From: Alloascoidea hylecoeti
Lineage: Eukaryota
Assembly (NCBI GenBank): GCA_001600815.1
Contig: BCKZ01000001.1
Coordinates: forward strand, 1,335,389 to 1,399,388
Reading direction: 5' to 3'
Length of the DNA: 64,000 nucleotides
The position numbers and the translations under genes were made by a program. Shown here in pieces: positions 24,290-34,336 of the stretch (position 1 is the first letter of the stretch; each line of letters begins with the position of its first letter). Under the pieces are notes generated by a model that was not told the DNA's origin, did no database searches, and worked only from the letters and a program-made list of their open reading frames with translations.

Positions 24290-24934
24290 TCAAACAACAT
24301 TCTTTCTTGAACCTTTGAAAAAGAGTTGGACAATAGCAACCTGAAGACCACTCATACTTGCCATCAAAAACACATCAAAAATAGAGAACCAGAAAATTCT
24401 TGTTTCTGTTGACTTAACAGTTGCCTGATTTCTATGATTTCTTGTTTTGTAGTATTGCATTTCTCTTAACAATGTGGTAACCTTGCGATTCAAATTATCA
24501 AGACTATTTTCCATCGAGTCAGCTTCTTCTTTGACAACATTAACCGCCTGCTTTGGTAACTCAGCTTTGAAATCATCACTTGAGCTTTCAAAGTTGATTT
24601 CAAAATCAACGACTTTCTGAGCGAAAGTGGACATGGTGTTACTGAAGCAAAACTCATACTCTCCAATATCTTCACCGTTGAAAACAAATTCAGTCTGACG
24701 TACCTTTTCTTCTGAGTGTATGACCTGGCCATTTGGCCCCTTTATTGAATAATCAACATCGAATGAACCACCAGATTGAACTGCAAAATAGAAACCTATT
24801 TTAGTATCGAGATGACGAACATCTCCGTAGTAACAAGATTTATCCTGTGGCTCAAGTACAAAAGTCAATGCCGTGGCCAGAACCTTGGAAATGAGTAGAG
24901 CGAGTGCTAGAAGCGAAAAGTGGACTCTGAACAT
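24290..24934 (-). CDS. ERP3: p24/GOLD family ER-Golgi cargo receptor
   Basis: Signal peptide, GOLD domain (FYFAVQSGGSFDVDY, GEYEFCFSN), YYKTRNHRN...VKSTE, C-terminal TM helix with FF tail. Paralog assignment is less certain than the family. Confidence 0.8.
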   Translation of the reverse strand: MFRVHFSLLALALLISKVLATALTFVLEPQDKSCYYGDVRHLDTKIGFYFAVQSGGSFDVDYSIKGPNGQVIHSEEKVRQTEFVFNGEDIGEYEFCFSNTMSTFAQKVVDFEINFESSSDDFKAELPKQAVNVVKEEADSMENSLDNLNRKVTTLLREMQYYKTRNHRNQATVKSTETRIFWFSIFDVFLMASMSGLQVAIVQLFFKGSRKNVV

Positions 24935-25058
24935 GCTGGATTGCGTTGCTTTTGCGTGTTATTAAAATGGAGATGTAGATGGTTAAGAGGATTTCTGGTC
25001 ACATGTCGGGATGAAACACTATTTTTTCAAATGTAACGCAATATCTCAAAAACATAAA

Positions 25059-25523
25059 ATGTCCGGATTATCGCAAAATGAACTGGATGCTCTGGATGCT
25101 TTTGATAAAGAAATATCAGCATTAGAAAAACCGGGAAATGGCAACACGACGATAATCGAGGTAGCCTCAGTACGGTTGAACCAACCAGTGGAGAACCCAA
25201 AGGAGGCCCCAACAGAAAGTGCAATTCAACTACAAAACGAATATGAAAAAGAAGCACAAGACGAAGAAAAACAGGCTCTTTTGAACGAACTACAAGATCA
25301 AAGAGAACTCTTGAAACGAGTGGAAGCTTTAAAAGAGAAACGAAAACACCTGGTTAATTCAGTTGACCCAACTAAAACAGAGCCAGAGCCTACAAAAACC
25401 AAGGAAGTTAATATTGATCATTTTTTTACAGGGCCGCATTCTGATGACGACGATGTTGATGATGATGATGACGAGCACTTTTATCACTTTGGAGGCTGTT
25501 CATGCTGTAGTAGAGGCAAATAA
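25059..25523 (+). CDS. Hypothetical acidic coiled-coil protein, weakly reminiscent of the ZNF830/CCDC16 C-terminus
   Basis: 154-aa ORF from ATG 25059, divergent from ERP3; DAFDKEI and QRELLKRVEALKEKR segments, acidic tail. Family call is tentative. Confidence 0.55.
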   Translation: MSGLSQNELDALDAFDKEISALEKPGNGNTTIIEVASVRLNQPVENPKEAPTESAIQLQNEYEKEAQDEEKQALLNELQDQRELLKRVEALKEKRKHLVNSVDPTKTEPEPTKTKEVNIDHFFTGPHSDDDDVDDDDDEHFYHFGGCSCCSRGK

Positions 25524-25961
25524 CGAATCATAGATCCTTTTGGAATCAATATAAATATAAATACGAGTAGTATTAATGGATTATTTCGTAGATGACCGAT
25601 GGGTTGTTAAAAATGGGTGCCCAGATGTACGCGGATGTGCGTGTATTGTGTCACGGCCTGTTCTCCCAAATTCAAAAGTTGTTTTTCCTCCCAGCTCACC
25701 CGGACAAAACACCATCAACAGAGGGTAACAAGGTAACATTATCGACCATTCTATAAAAGGTATGTCTTCTTATAACTTTATATTTCCTCTTTTTTGATCA
25801 TGTTCTTCTTCAAGAAGTGTATCCCCATTTTTTGGGACTCCCTGTGTCAACACACGAGGTGAACATTGAACACGTTTTTACCTGTCCTAGTTATTGATAT
25901 ATTTCTATAAGATCCTAACATCTCATTAATATTTATATTTAATATTAGCTTTACGATAACA

Positions 25962-28010
25962 ATGCTTTCCCGTGCTAAAGGATACTTCCCCAAAAAAGTG
26001 TTAGAGAAGGAAAAGGAGGAAGATAAAGTTGAGTCATTGGAATCCACGACAAAGAGTATTAAAAAGAAGAATGTGAAACCTCACAAGAAGCCAAAAGAGG
26101 TTGAGCTGGGTGCTCAAGCATTACTCCAATTAGGAACGAAAAAAGAAGATGATGAAAAATCTTCGAATGACAGTGATAACGAAAACACCACAAATGTTAT
26201 CAAGCAGGAAAAAATGCATGAAGAGAGCGAGCCAGTACAAGATGGTCAAGATCCAACTATTCCTTCGAGTGGTTCTAAATCTATCGATGAAAATTTCACC
26301 GAAAGTCCTAAACCTGAACCTGAACAACATTCAGTTCAAGAATCTATTACTGATAATGAACAATCTAACTCCAAGTTTCCAAATGAAACCGTTGAGGCTG
26401 CTGTCATGAGATATGTTGGAGGAACGTTAGATGGGGAATCGGGAGATGGGAACCCCGATGATATCTCCGCTCAATCCCAAAAGAAACGAAATTATGAAAA
26501 TATTTCAAATTTAATGCAAAATTGGCCTGAATTTTTGGATTCTGAATTAGGTTCCAGTTCTAGTCCAACCCATAATAATGGGAACCATTCTAATTCATCG
26601 GAATCACACGATAACACTTCTAATAATCAAAGTAGCTCTTCCACAAGTGTCAATAATTTTGAGATTAACAATGTTTTTACTAGTGGTGATGCAACACAAC
26701 CTGCTCATAAGAAAAGACGATCAGGTACTAGATCAAGACGTGTTGATTCTACTGTTAGTAATGTTGATCCTGAATTAGCTAACATGGACGGTGGTAATGA
26801 GCTTATCCATGCAGCTGTATCACAGCTCATTAATAGTAATTCATTATCATTAGGAAAATTTCTTCATGATAATCAACCCACTGATGGGGATAATAATGTT
26901 GTCATTAAATCTAATACTTCTAATAATCATCATGACTTAGATGGTCCAGATCCACAACAGGTTGCAACCGAAGCAAGCAATCTATCAAAATTAGACCATC
27001 ATAATTCATCAAATGATTGGATTACGACCAATGCATCAACACCGACTGGTAAGGTTTTTTCAAAACAAGAAATGGCTATAATTGATAATGTAATTCAAAA
27101 TTACTGTCAATTACATGGTTTAAGTCGTCAACAAATTTGTGAACGAATTTGGGCAAATGATAGGAAAAAAGATGATTTTTGGGAAAGTATACTACTTGTT
27201 TTGCCAAATAGAACAAGAGCAAGTTTATATAAACATGTTAGAAGATCATATCATATATTTCAAGTACGTGGTAAATGGACAGAAGAAGAAGATCAACAAT
27301 TGGGTGCTTTAGTTTCTGAGAAATCAAGTAAATGGAAACTTATTGGCGATTTGATGGGAAGAATGCCTGAAGATTGTAGAGATAGGTGGAGAAATTACGT
27401 TAAATGTGGTAATAAAAGGGCTTCAAATAAATGGTCAGAACATGAAGAATTAAGTCTTAAACAAGTAATTGAAGAATGGACAACTCTTAATCCTGAAGAA
27501 CCAATTAATTGGACAATTATTAGTGAGCGTATGGGAGGCACAAGATCTCGTATACAATGCCGTTATAAATGGAATAAATTTTTAAAGAAAGAAGCTTTGG
27601 TTAAAGTTAGAGAAATGACTTCACATGAGAAATTTTGGATTTTATCAAAATTAAGAGAATCAAATTATGAATCCCAATCAGAAGTTGATTGGGATAATAT
27701 TGCATCAATAGATCCAAGAGGTATTTGGTGTGGTAAACATTTACAAGTTGCTTTCGATCAAATGGTTAATATGATAAAAGATCATAAAAAGAAATCATTT
27801 CAAGAAATTTTAGCACAATTATCTGATACTGTTTGTATCGTTGGTGTTGATGATATTTTAGCTTTACAACAAGCTCAAGGACAAGAGGAAGATAATCATA
27901 ATAACAATGGTAGTCCACCACAGCATCATGAACAGCTCAAGTCCGAATCGGATGAAGTTGTTGCCAACGCTGTAGCAGTTGCTAGTGCTGCTCAATATAT
28001 GGAAATCTAG
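25962..28010 (+). CDS. Reb1/Nsi1-family Myb-domain DNA-binding protein
   Basis: DDFWESI...RTRASLYKHVRRSYHIF...RGKWTEEED...GRMPEDCRDRWRNYV...INWTIISERMGGTRSRIQCRYKW. Probable 5'UTR intron 25760-25948. Confidence 0.9.
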   Translation: MLSRAKGYFPKKVLEKEKEEDKVESLESTTKSIKKKNVKPHKKPKEVELGAQALLQLGTKKEDDEKSSNDSDNENTTNVIKQEKMHEESEPVQDGQDPTIPSSGSKSIDENFTESPKPEPEQHSVQESITDNEQSNSKFPNETVEAAVMRYVGGTLDGESGDGNPDDISAQSQKKRNYENISNLMQNWPEFLDSELGSSSSPTHNNGNHSNSSESHDNTSNNQSSSSTSVNNFEINNVFTSGDATQPAHKKRRSGTRSRRVDSTVSNVDPELANMDGGNELIHAAVSQLINSNSLSLGKFLHDNQPTDGDNNVVIKSNTSNNHHDLDGPDPQQVATEASNLSKLDHHNSSNDWITTNASTPTGKVFSKQEMAIIDNVIQNYCQLHGLSRQQICERIWANDRKKDDFWESILLVLPNRTRASLYKHVRRSYHIFQVRGKWTEEEDQQLGALVSEKSSKWKLIGDLMGRMPEDCRDRWRNYVKCGNKRASNKWSEHEELSLKQVIEEWTTLNPEEPINWTIISERMGGTRSRIQCRYKWNKFLKKEALVKVREMTSHEKFWILSKLRESNYESQSEVDWDNIASIDPRGIWCGKHLQVAFDQMVNMIKDHKKKSFQEILAQLSDTVCIVGVDDILALQQAQGQEEDNHNNNGSPPQHHEQLKSESDEVVANAVAVASAAQYMEI

Positions 28011-28407
28011 AATATATATGAAATATTTGGCGTTAAAGATTTCAGAAGATTAATTATTATTGTAGTATTTAAATTAACCAGATAGTATATAGTATACTAA
28101 GTATAGGCTTAGGCGATAGGGAGTTATTATTTATAGATAAGTTCGAATTTGCTACCGAATTTGTTTTTTTACAAGCGATACATATAATGTAACTTATAGA
28201 ATGAATATAACATATGACTTGTATTGTTCAAATTAGTATTACATTTGGTAGGTTAATATCGCAGAGAAATTATCTTAATTTCCTTGATCGTATACTTTGA
28301 TCACTTTACAAAACAAAATCTCTACAATAATCGTACATATAATTATGAGGAAAGGGACATCAGATTTAATGTATATTAAGTTAAATTAACAGAATTATAG
28401 AAACATC

Positions 28408-29270
28408 TTAGAACTTCTTAAATTGTTTAGATTTACCAGAAGCAGAAGAAACCTTTAAGACATTGAATCTGACAGTCTTAGATAAAGGTCGGCATTGTCC
28501 AACAGTAACTAAATCACCTTCTTCAACACGGAAAGCTGGGGAAACATGAGCAGCTAAGTTCTTATGTCTCTTCTCGTATCTGTTGTATTTTGGAACGTAA
28601 TGAAGATAATCACGTCTAATGATGATGGTACGATGCATCTTTGTAGAGACAACAACACCACTCAAGATCTTACCACGGATGGAAATGTCACCAACGAATG
28701 GACATTTCTTGTCAATGTAGTGACCATTAATGGCTTCAGATGGTGTTTTGAATCCAAGACCAACTTCTTTATACCATCTCTTGGTACGTTTGTTGACCTT
28801 TGATTTACCATTTTGGAAAATGTGAGGTTGCTAAAGATTATGTTAGAAATCTGTAAATTCTCAAATTATCAAAGAGAAAAATAATAAAGCAGAAAGAGGT
28901 AGAAAAGTATTTTGACCATGATTAAAGTGTTGTTATTCTCGTCTAATCAAAGAGTAATTGAAAATTTATTAACCTGTCAATGTGAAATAATATTTCAACA
29001 TTCCTTTTCATCAAACAGAATTGTCGAGCATTTGTATCTTCTTATATCCCAAATATCCTTTGATTCATTCTGGGCTGATGTCCTCCAATTCTTTAATATT
29101 CCGATATCTTTGATTTGTAGCCGATAAATAAGTAATCCTTTCTTATAATCATCAATCAAATTTTGATTCTACCTCTATTCCAACTTTCTTTTCCTTTGTA
29201 ATCATCATATTGTTATAGTACATACCTTTTGGAAAGCACGCTCAGCTTGGACAGTTAATTCGGTAGCCAT
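28408..29270 (-). CDS. RPS11: 40S ribosomal protein S11 (uS17); exons 29270-29226 and 28830-28408
   Basis: [20 protein letters not shown]...[12 protein letters not shown]...[12 protein letters not shown]; 395-nt intron GTATGT...TTCTAAC...TAG; 155 aa. Confidence 0.97.
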
Positions 29271-29340
29271 CTTTGTATTTGTCGTGTATTGAGAGAACCA
29301 AGAATATCCAGTGCTTGTTACTTTTCCAAAATCTAAAGAA

Positions 29341-29414
29341 TTGAGTGCTGATATTTACTCTCAGCTTATGTAAATGCTAGTCACAATGATTAACTATGAG
29401 GGTCTAGCCCTAAT
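29341..29414. promoter_or_regulatory. RPS11 promoter motifs: TTGAGTGCTG, TAGTCACA (Homol-D-like), TAGCCCTAAT (Tbf1-like)
   Basis: Same motifs as upstream of RPL25; the first and last lie at near-identical distances from the ATG. Confidence 0.65.
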
Positions 29415-29828
29415 TATCTATTTATGATTGTGTGTGTAATATTTATACTGATTGTGAGTAATTATCATCATGTATATATACTGTTGACCGGAAAATAATA
29501 TTTTCAGATATATTTTCAGATATATCGAGAGAATTAGGTTTTAGAACTCCGCGAACTGTTCTCAAGCCTCGCTATATATAATTATAACTATGAATAACAC
29601 ATCTTGATCTCCTTGAATAGAAAGTCAAAAGTTTATATAATCATGAATAAGGGTCTGTGAATATGACTTAACAATTAAAAATGGTATGCGTAGGAGAATC
29701 TACGTTTCTTTAGAATTTTCTTTGGAGTCCATCCTAAATTGTCGTTTTATGAATTTTGCTGTACGGGTGTACGAACGTGTCCTGTAACTCCATCAAAACC
29801 TCAAGCTCGTTAACAATTAATCCTCACC

Positions 29829-32636
29829 ATGAATTTGTTAAATAAACACTCTTTAATAATAATTGGAGTGGTGTTCCATCTTATTTACCTATGGTCTATC
29901 TTTGATATTTATTTTGTTAGTCCTTTGGTTCATGGAATGACACCTTATCCTTCTACTCCAACTCCTCCAGCGAAAAGATTATTCTTGATCGTTGGAGATG
30001 GTTTAAGAGCAGATACTGCATTCGCAAACGTTACTTATCCACAATCGGGTGCCTATCCAGGTAAAACAGGTTATTTGGCCCCAAATCTAAGGAATTTGGT
30101 TTTAAATAACGCGACATTTGGCATTTCTCATACAAGAATGCCAACTGAATCTAGACCTGGGCATATTGCAATGATTGGTGGATTTTATGAAGACGTATCT
30201 GCTGTTACAAAAGGTTGGAAATCAAACCCCGTTGACTTTGATTTTACTTTTAATCAATCTTCACATTCATTTGCTTTTGGAAGCCCTGATGTTGTACCTA
30301 TTTTTACTCATGGTTTGAAGGATGAAAATAAAATCGATATTTGGGTATATGGTTCAGAATTTGAAGATTTTACAAAATCGAGTATTGAATTAGACAAATA
30401 TGTTTTCGATAAACTTGATGAATTATTTTTAAATGCAACCACAGATCCGGAGTTAGATGCTTTACTACGACAAGAGAAGACATGTTTCTTCCTACATTTA
30501 CTGGGATGTGATACTGCCGGACATTCATACAGACCTTTTTCAGATGAATATTTTAATAATGCTGCATATATCGATTCCCAATTGCCTATTTTACAGCAAA
30601 AAATTAAGGATTTTTACGAAGATGATGATTCTGCATTTGTTTTCACATCAGATCACGGTATGTCTGAATTTGGATCTCATGGAGATGGTCATCCTGATAA
30701 CACAAGAACCCCATTAGTTGTATGGGGCGCTGGTGTTCCCAAACCAATTCTTGCAACTGCTGAAGATAAAGGTGACCATAATGAATACTCAGATCCATGG
30801 TTGCTAAATGTTAAGCGACATGATGTTAATCAAGCTGACATTACACCGTTAATGTCATATCTGGTTGGTTTACAATATCCTGTAAACTCTGTTGGTGAAC
30901 TTCCATTAGATTTCATAGACGCTGATATAAAGATCAAAGCGAATTCTTTATTAAATAATGCACTACAAATTGTTGAACAGTATAATGTTAAAGAAACCCA
31001 GATGAGAGGATCTCAGCTTTGGTTTAAACAATTCTTACCTTTTAAAACCGCCCCTATTTCCTCACAGATTTCTAATATCCAAGAAATTATAGAATCTGGT
31101 GATTATGATCTAGCAATTGAAAAAAGTGAAATTTTAATGAAACAATCCTTAGAAGGTTTACGGTATTTACAGACATATAATTGGGTATTTCTACGAACAA
31201 TTGTAACCTTAGGATTTCTAGGCTGGATTGGCTTTGCGTTAACATCTTTCCTTTATAATTTTGTGATCTCGGAAGAAATTAAAGCGAATGATCATCAAAC
31301 AAACTTTAAAGCGCAGTCAATTTCTGTTTTCTCCCTATTAGCAGGCTATTTATTCCTTACAAAAAGTCCAGTTATCTACTATCTTTACGTTATATTTCCT
31401 GTTTTCTTCTGGTGTATTATAATAGAACATAGATTTACTACATTTCAAGGGTTGACAGATTTAGTACTACGTGTTCCAGGTACACATCCTGCTATTCAAG
31501 GAGTTTCAACAATTCTTGTTATTATTATAGCTCTCGAGGCCATTGTTTACGGGTACTTTCAGAGAAAGGTTTTCACAGTTATTCTTCTGATATTATCTGC
31601 TTGGCCAATGCTCGAAGATCGCGTATCCGCAGAGAATAATGAAAATCTTGTATATGCCTGGGTTTTTGTAACTGTTTGCTCGTCTTCTTTTACTTTATTG
31701 CCAGTTGTTAAGGTTGAAAATTTACAGCAAATCTTATTCTCCGGTGGTGGTATGCTTGTTATTGGGATTTATGGTGTCTACAATCTATTCACAAAGTATC
31801 CTACAAAAATTACAACAAAGATCAAAAACGGCTTAACAGGACAGTTGGTATTAGTTTTAACTACCAGTTATGCCACTCAAATTTCGGTTAGTGCTCTACA
31901 GGCTAGAGAAGATTTACCATTATTTTCACAGGTTCTCGGTTGGATCTCACTTGTACTATCCTTCGTTTTACCATTCCTTCAAGGGCCAATAATTAGTCCA
32001 GAGCATTTATTATTGGTTGAATTTTTGGCATTTGCTCCTACATATATTATACTTACCATTAGTTATGAAGGATTTTTTTATATTGGATTCTCACTTATAC
32101 TTTTTATTTGGATTGAGCTAGAAACTATCTTTTTCCCTCATGATAAAACTAGAAAAACACAACAACTGTCCTTACGCGAGGTTAGAATTGCATTAATTAC
32201 TTTTTTTTTGGCACAATTCGGATTCTTTGGTACAGGTAATATTGCATCAATTTCATCATTTCAACTTGAATCGGTTCGTAGGTTAATACCAATTTTTGAT
32301 CCATTTGCAATGGCCGTTCTTTTATTAACAAAAATCTTAATTCCTTTTGCTTTATTATCAACTGCATTGGGTATACTTAATATTAAATTGAATCTTGAAC
32401 CATCAGCATTATTTTCACTTGTTGTTTGTATTTCTGATATTTTAGCGTTAAATTTTTTTTATTTAGTTAAGGATGAGGGAAGTTGGTTAGATATCGGAAC
32501 CACGATATCTCATTATTGTATATCATGTTTAATGAGTTTATTTATTGTTGGATTGGAATATCTAAGTGGATTTATGACAAGAGGTGTGGTTAGACAAGAG
32601 GCAAAGGACATTGAAGAGGAAAAGAAGAAAGCATAG
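29829..32636 (+). CDS. MCD4: GPI ethanolamine phosphate transferase 1 (PIG-N)
   Basis: SIFDIYFVSPLVHGM, VGDGLRAD, PTESRPGH, GHSYRP, SDHGM, FFGTGNIASISSF, EGSWLDIG; 935 aa. Confidence 0.96.
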   Translation: MNLLNKHSLIIIGVVFHLIYLWSIFDIYFVSPLVHGMTPYPSTPTPPAKRLFLIVGDGLRADTAFANVTYPQSGAYPGKTGYLAPNLRNLVLNNATFGISHTRMPTESRPGHIAMIGGFYEDVSAVTKGWKSNPVDFDFTFNQSSHSFAFGSPDVVPIFTHGLKDENKIDIWVYGSEFEDFTKSSIELDKYVFDKLDELFLNATTDPELDALLRQEKTCFFLHLLGCDTAGHSYRPFSDEYFNNAAYIDSQLPILQQKIKDFYEDDDSAFVFTSDHGMSEFGSHGDGHPDNTRTPLVVWGAGVPKPILATAEDKGDHNEYSDPWLLNVKRHDVNQADITPLMSYLVGLQYPVNSVGELPLDFIDADIKIKANSLLNNALQIVEQYNVKETQMRGSQLWFKQFLPFKTAPISSQISNIQEIIESGDYDLAIEKSEILMKQSLEGLRYLQTYNWVFLRTIVTLGFLGWIGFALTSFLYNFVISEEIKANDHQTNFKAQSISVFSLLAGYLFLTKSPVIYYLYVIFPVFFWCIIIEHRFTTFQGLTDLVLRVPGTHPAIQGVSTILVIIIALEAIVYGYFQRKVFTVILLILSAWPMLEDRVSAENNENLVYAWVFVTVCSSSFTLLPVVKVENLQQILFSGGGMLVIGIYGVYNLFTKYPTKITTKIKNGLTGQLVLVLTTSYATQISVSALQAREDLPLFSQVLGWISLVLSFVLPFLQGPIISPEHLLLVEFLAFAPTYIILTISYEGFFYIGFSLILFIWIELETIFFPHDKTRKTQQLSLREVRIALITFFLAQFGFFGTGNIASISSFQLESVRRLIPIFDPFAMAVLLLTKILIPFALLSTALGILNIKLNLEPSALFSLVVCISDILALNFFYLVKDEGSWLDIGTTISHYCISCLMSLFIVGLEYLSGFMTRGVVRQEAKDIEEEKKKA

Positions 32637-33466
32637 AACATATTAGTTAAAATGTATATTTCAAAAAGTGGTTAATAAAATTTAAATCATAATATTTCAA
32701 AATTAGCTTTCATAAATCTAGAGTAGATACTAGATACGATACAAACAATTATTGTACAGTTTTTCCACTCTCATTTGGCCATATTCGAGAATATTAAACT
32801 TTGTTATACCTATAATTAACTGTGTGGGACATTATTGAGAAAACTGCAAATTGAAGGTGTCAGAGGAGGTCAAACACATTTCGTTTGTCAAATCGATCTC
32901 AATTAGCTGCCATTTCTAGTACATATAGTACCAGGGCACCGGGTAGTTAATATTTAGAAAATTAAGCAACGAATTAGATCATGTTCACGCGCGTACGTTG
33001 TGGTCTTCCATAGCTATTTCAATTTGTATCGCTACACAAAACTTAGGTGATTTTTCAGGTTATAATTAGAATCAATGAAGATTAAAAAGGGTAGCGATAT
33101 AAGTTTAATATAGAAGAAACCTAGAAGCAAAACTGGCCTATATGAATGTTTTAACTATATTAAATTATCTAATGAATATATTATGATGTCTGTACGTATA
33201 AGGTATAGTTATAGTTGATATTGATATTGCCCTAAATACATAAATGTAATTCTATCATTTATAATTAAGGTATAGATATAAATTTTAAGCTAACTGAAAA
33301 AAAAAAAAAAAAGAAACATCTTTCGTGATCAAAACCAATAACAGAAATCAACAATTAACAAAAATATAAAAAAAAAATGTATAAACTTCAAACCTGTTTA
33401 CGATCCCATGTTCATAATTTAAAATAAACTAATCCGAAGCTTAATTAATGCATGTACTAATATTCC

Positions 33467-34336
33467 TTAGTTAGGGGATGTTGTTCGCGATATATCGGAA
33501 TGTGTTTCGATTATAAGGTCATCAGAATCGTTTTTATTTTCTTTTACTTGATTTGATGATTCAATATTTGTTAGGGTAGCATTAGTCATCTCAGGATTTA
33601 ATCCACTCTCAAGATTCAATTTCTCTTTTTCTCTGACCTCTTCATCACTGATACTTCCAAATATCCAATCATGTGTATATTTATTAAATCTGAACATCCA
33701 AATTATATGACTTGTAACGATTCCGATTTCTAAAGCTAAAACAACCAAGTATAAAATCATACCCAAAATATCAGAAGTTGGATCTCCAACAATCAAAGAT
33801 AAGAAACTGAAAAGAGCACCCATACTATCCATAAATAAGAAAATAAAATTTATTCCAATTACTTGACCGTTTCTTTTTGCGAGCTCAAAATAAGGTGGTA
33901 ATAAACCGACTGCTAATAAGATTGAAGCAACAACACCAAATATTAAATTTGGCCATTTAGTACCATCTTTATAAACTGGTATTAAAGGAATAATACAAGC
34001 AGCTTGAACGCCAGCACCAATTATAACAAAAGAAGTGCAGTAGATTAACGTCTTCTTTAATCCGATTTTAACAGGTGGATAGTATAAAGATTGACCCCAT
34101 GTAACCAAGCAAAAGAAGGTAAAAAGTTGTGGTTGAATTCTTAATGGTATACTTGCTTCTTGAATACAGAAATATATTGAAAAGGGTATACCACATAGAG
34201 CCCATAGAAATAGCATTACTGTTGGCAGGCCTTCACATGATTTTCTCCTATAATTGAAATAAATTTGTGGAAGCAATTGAATACACCAAAAGACTGTTCC
34301 TATTGTTGCAAGGGCATTAGCTGCTGCAGAGACCAT
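33467..34336 (-). CDS. ILT1: PQ-loop membrane protein, Ilt1/YDR090C-like
   Basis: ALATIGTVFWCIQLLPQIYFNY..K.CEGLP, IQPQLF, GLLPPYFEL, GINFIFLFMD. Confidence 0.85.
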   Translation of the reverse strand: MVSAAANALATIGTVFWCIQLLPQIYFNYRRKSCEGLPTVMLFLWALCGIPFSIYFCIQEASIPLRIQPQLFTFFCLVTWGQSLYYPPVKIGLKKTLIYCTSFVIIGAGVQAACIIPLIPVYKDGTKWPNLIFGVVASILLAVGLLPPYFELAKRNGQVIGINFIFLFMDSMGALFSFLSLIVGDPTSDILGMILYLVVLALEIGIVTSHIIWMFRFNKYTHDWIFGSISDEEVREKEKLNLESGLNPEMTNATLTNIESSNQVKENKNDSDDLIIETHSDISRTTSPN

